Positions 36,579 to 37,018 of a stretch of DNA of 37,018 nt are shown here, in pieces; position 1 is the stretch's first letter; each line of letters begins with the position of its first letter. The notes below the pieces were generated by a model. That model ran no database searches. It was given only the letters and a program-made list of their open reading frames with translations, and was not told where the DNA came from. The DNA is from a virus (taxonomy: Duplodnaviria > Caudoviricetes). The stretch spans positions 1 to 37,018 of the IMG/VR virus record IMGVR_UViG_3300005713_000010. One strand, written 5' to 3'. Made by a program: the position numbers and the translations under genes.

Positions 36579-36930
36579 AATCTCCCTTTCTAATAAATTC
36601 ATAGATTTCATCAGACACGCGATCCAGATAAATCGGGGGTGTCCGCTTCCCTTTTTCGGAACGCCTGAGCCGAAAAACCCAGGTCCCTTTCGAGGCTTTT
36701 ACGGCCTCGAGATAGGGCTTTCCGCCGGCGTCCAGTGGCAAGTTTTTTCGCAATGATTTCTTGCCACGTGTGGCAAACGAATGTTGTTGCGTTTGAAGGC
36801 GCTTATCGCGTTCAGTGGCAAGATCGACCACCTTCGCTGAGTGGCTATTTTCTGTAGACACTTGTTCTGCCACTGAATCGTCATTCAGTGGCAGAACCTG
36901 TTCTGCCACTGAATGACGATTCAGTGGCAA
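36361..36930. repeat. Array of TGCCAC/GTGGCA half-sites and palindromes
   Basis: GCCAC-NN-GTGGCAA at 36361, 36459, 36761; CAGTGGCAAG at 36426, 36733, 36813; double palindrome at 36865-36930. Confidence 0.85.
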
Positions 36931-37017
36931 AGGCGCCGCCGTCGGTGGCGGCGCGGCCGCGATCTGAGTGGTCGAACTCGGCGCGGCCACTACTTCCGGT
37001 TCGACTTCGGTTTTGGG
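36508..37017 (-). CDS. 5'-truncated protein with possible Arm/AP2-like DNA-binding C-terminal domain
   Basis: Frame open to the window end (PKTEVEPEVVAAP...); low-complexity linker then YLEAVKASKGTWVFRLRRSEKGKRTPPIYL. Confidence 0.6.
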   Translation of the reverse strand, partial: PKTEVEPEVVAAPSSTTQIAAAPPPTAAPLPLNRHSVAEQVLPLNDDSVAEQVSTENSHSAKVVDLATERDKRLQTQQHSFATRGKKSLRKNLPLDAGGKPYLEAVKASKGTWVFRLRRSEKGKRTPPIYLDRVSDEIYEFIRKGDYESFKKQLIETHTASALRAGIRA

Positions 37018-37018
37018 T

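Noticed and set aside
36865-36930. Mini CRISPR array from two palindromic ~32-bp units
   Set aside because: Only 4 bp separate the units, so there is no spacer.

Overview
The window is part of a GC-rich tailed-phage (or prophage/phage-plasmid) genome. Positions 1-30619 (+) form a near-continuous virion morphogenesis operon of podovirus type. In order it holds a 5'-truncated large terminase, a portal with a Zn-ribbon insert, scaffold, major capsid, decoration proteins, three adaptor-like proteins, fibre/lectin proteins including an 18-aa repeat protein, a nozzle-like protein, a GNAT-like protein, ejection proteins, and a 2041-aa polyvalent protein carrying a zeta-toxin-like P-loop kinase and a ParB-like domain. 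No tail tube, tape measure, integrase or lysis enzyme was recognised. Positions 30664-37018 are minus-strand genes: an AT-richer four-gene envelope/secreted cassette, a tRNA-like structured element, small Zn/HTH genes, a dif-like site, a ParB-like gene and a dense array of TGCCAC/GTGGCA palindromes. The strongest unexpected signal is a 100-codon gene overprinted in the +1 frame inside the giant protein, directly after the kinase domain. It has its own sigma70-like promoter, an RBS and a switch of codon bias to its frame, making it a candidate hidden antitoxin. All product calls come from motif reading and gene order, not database searches.
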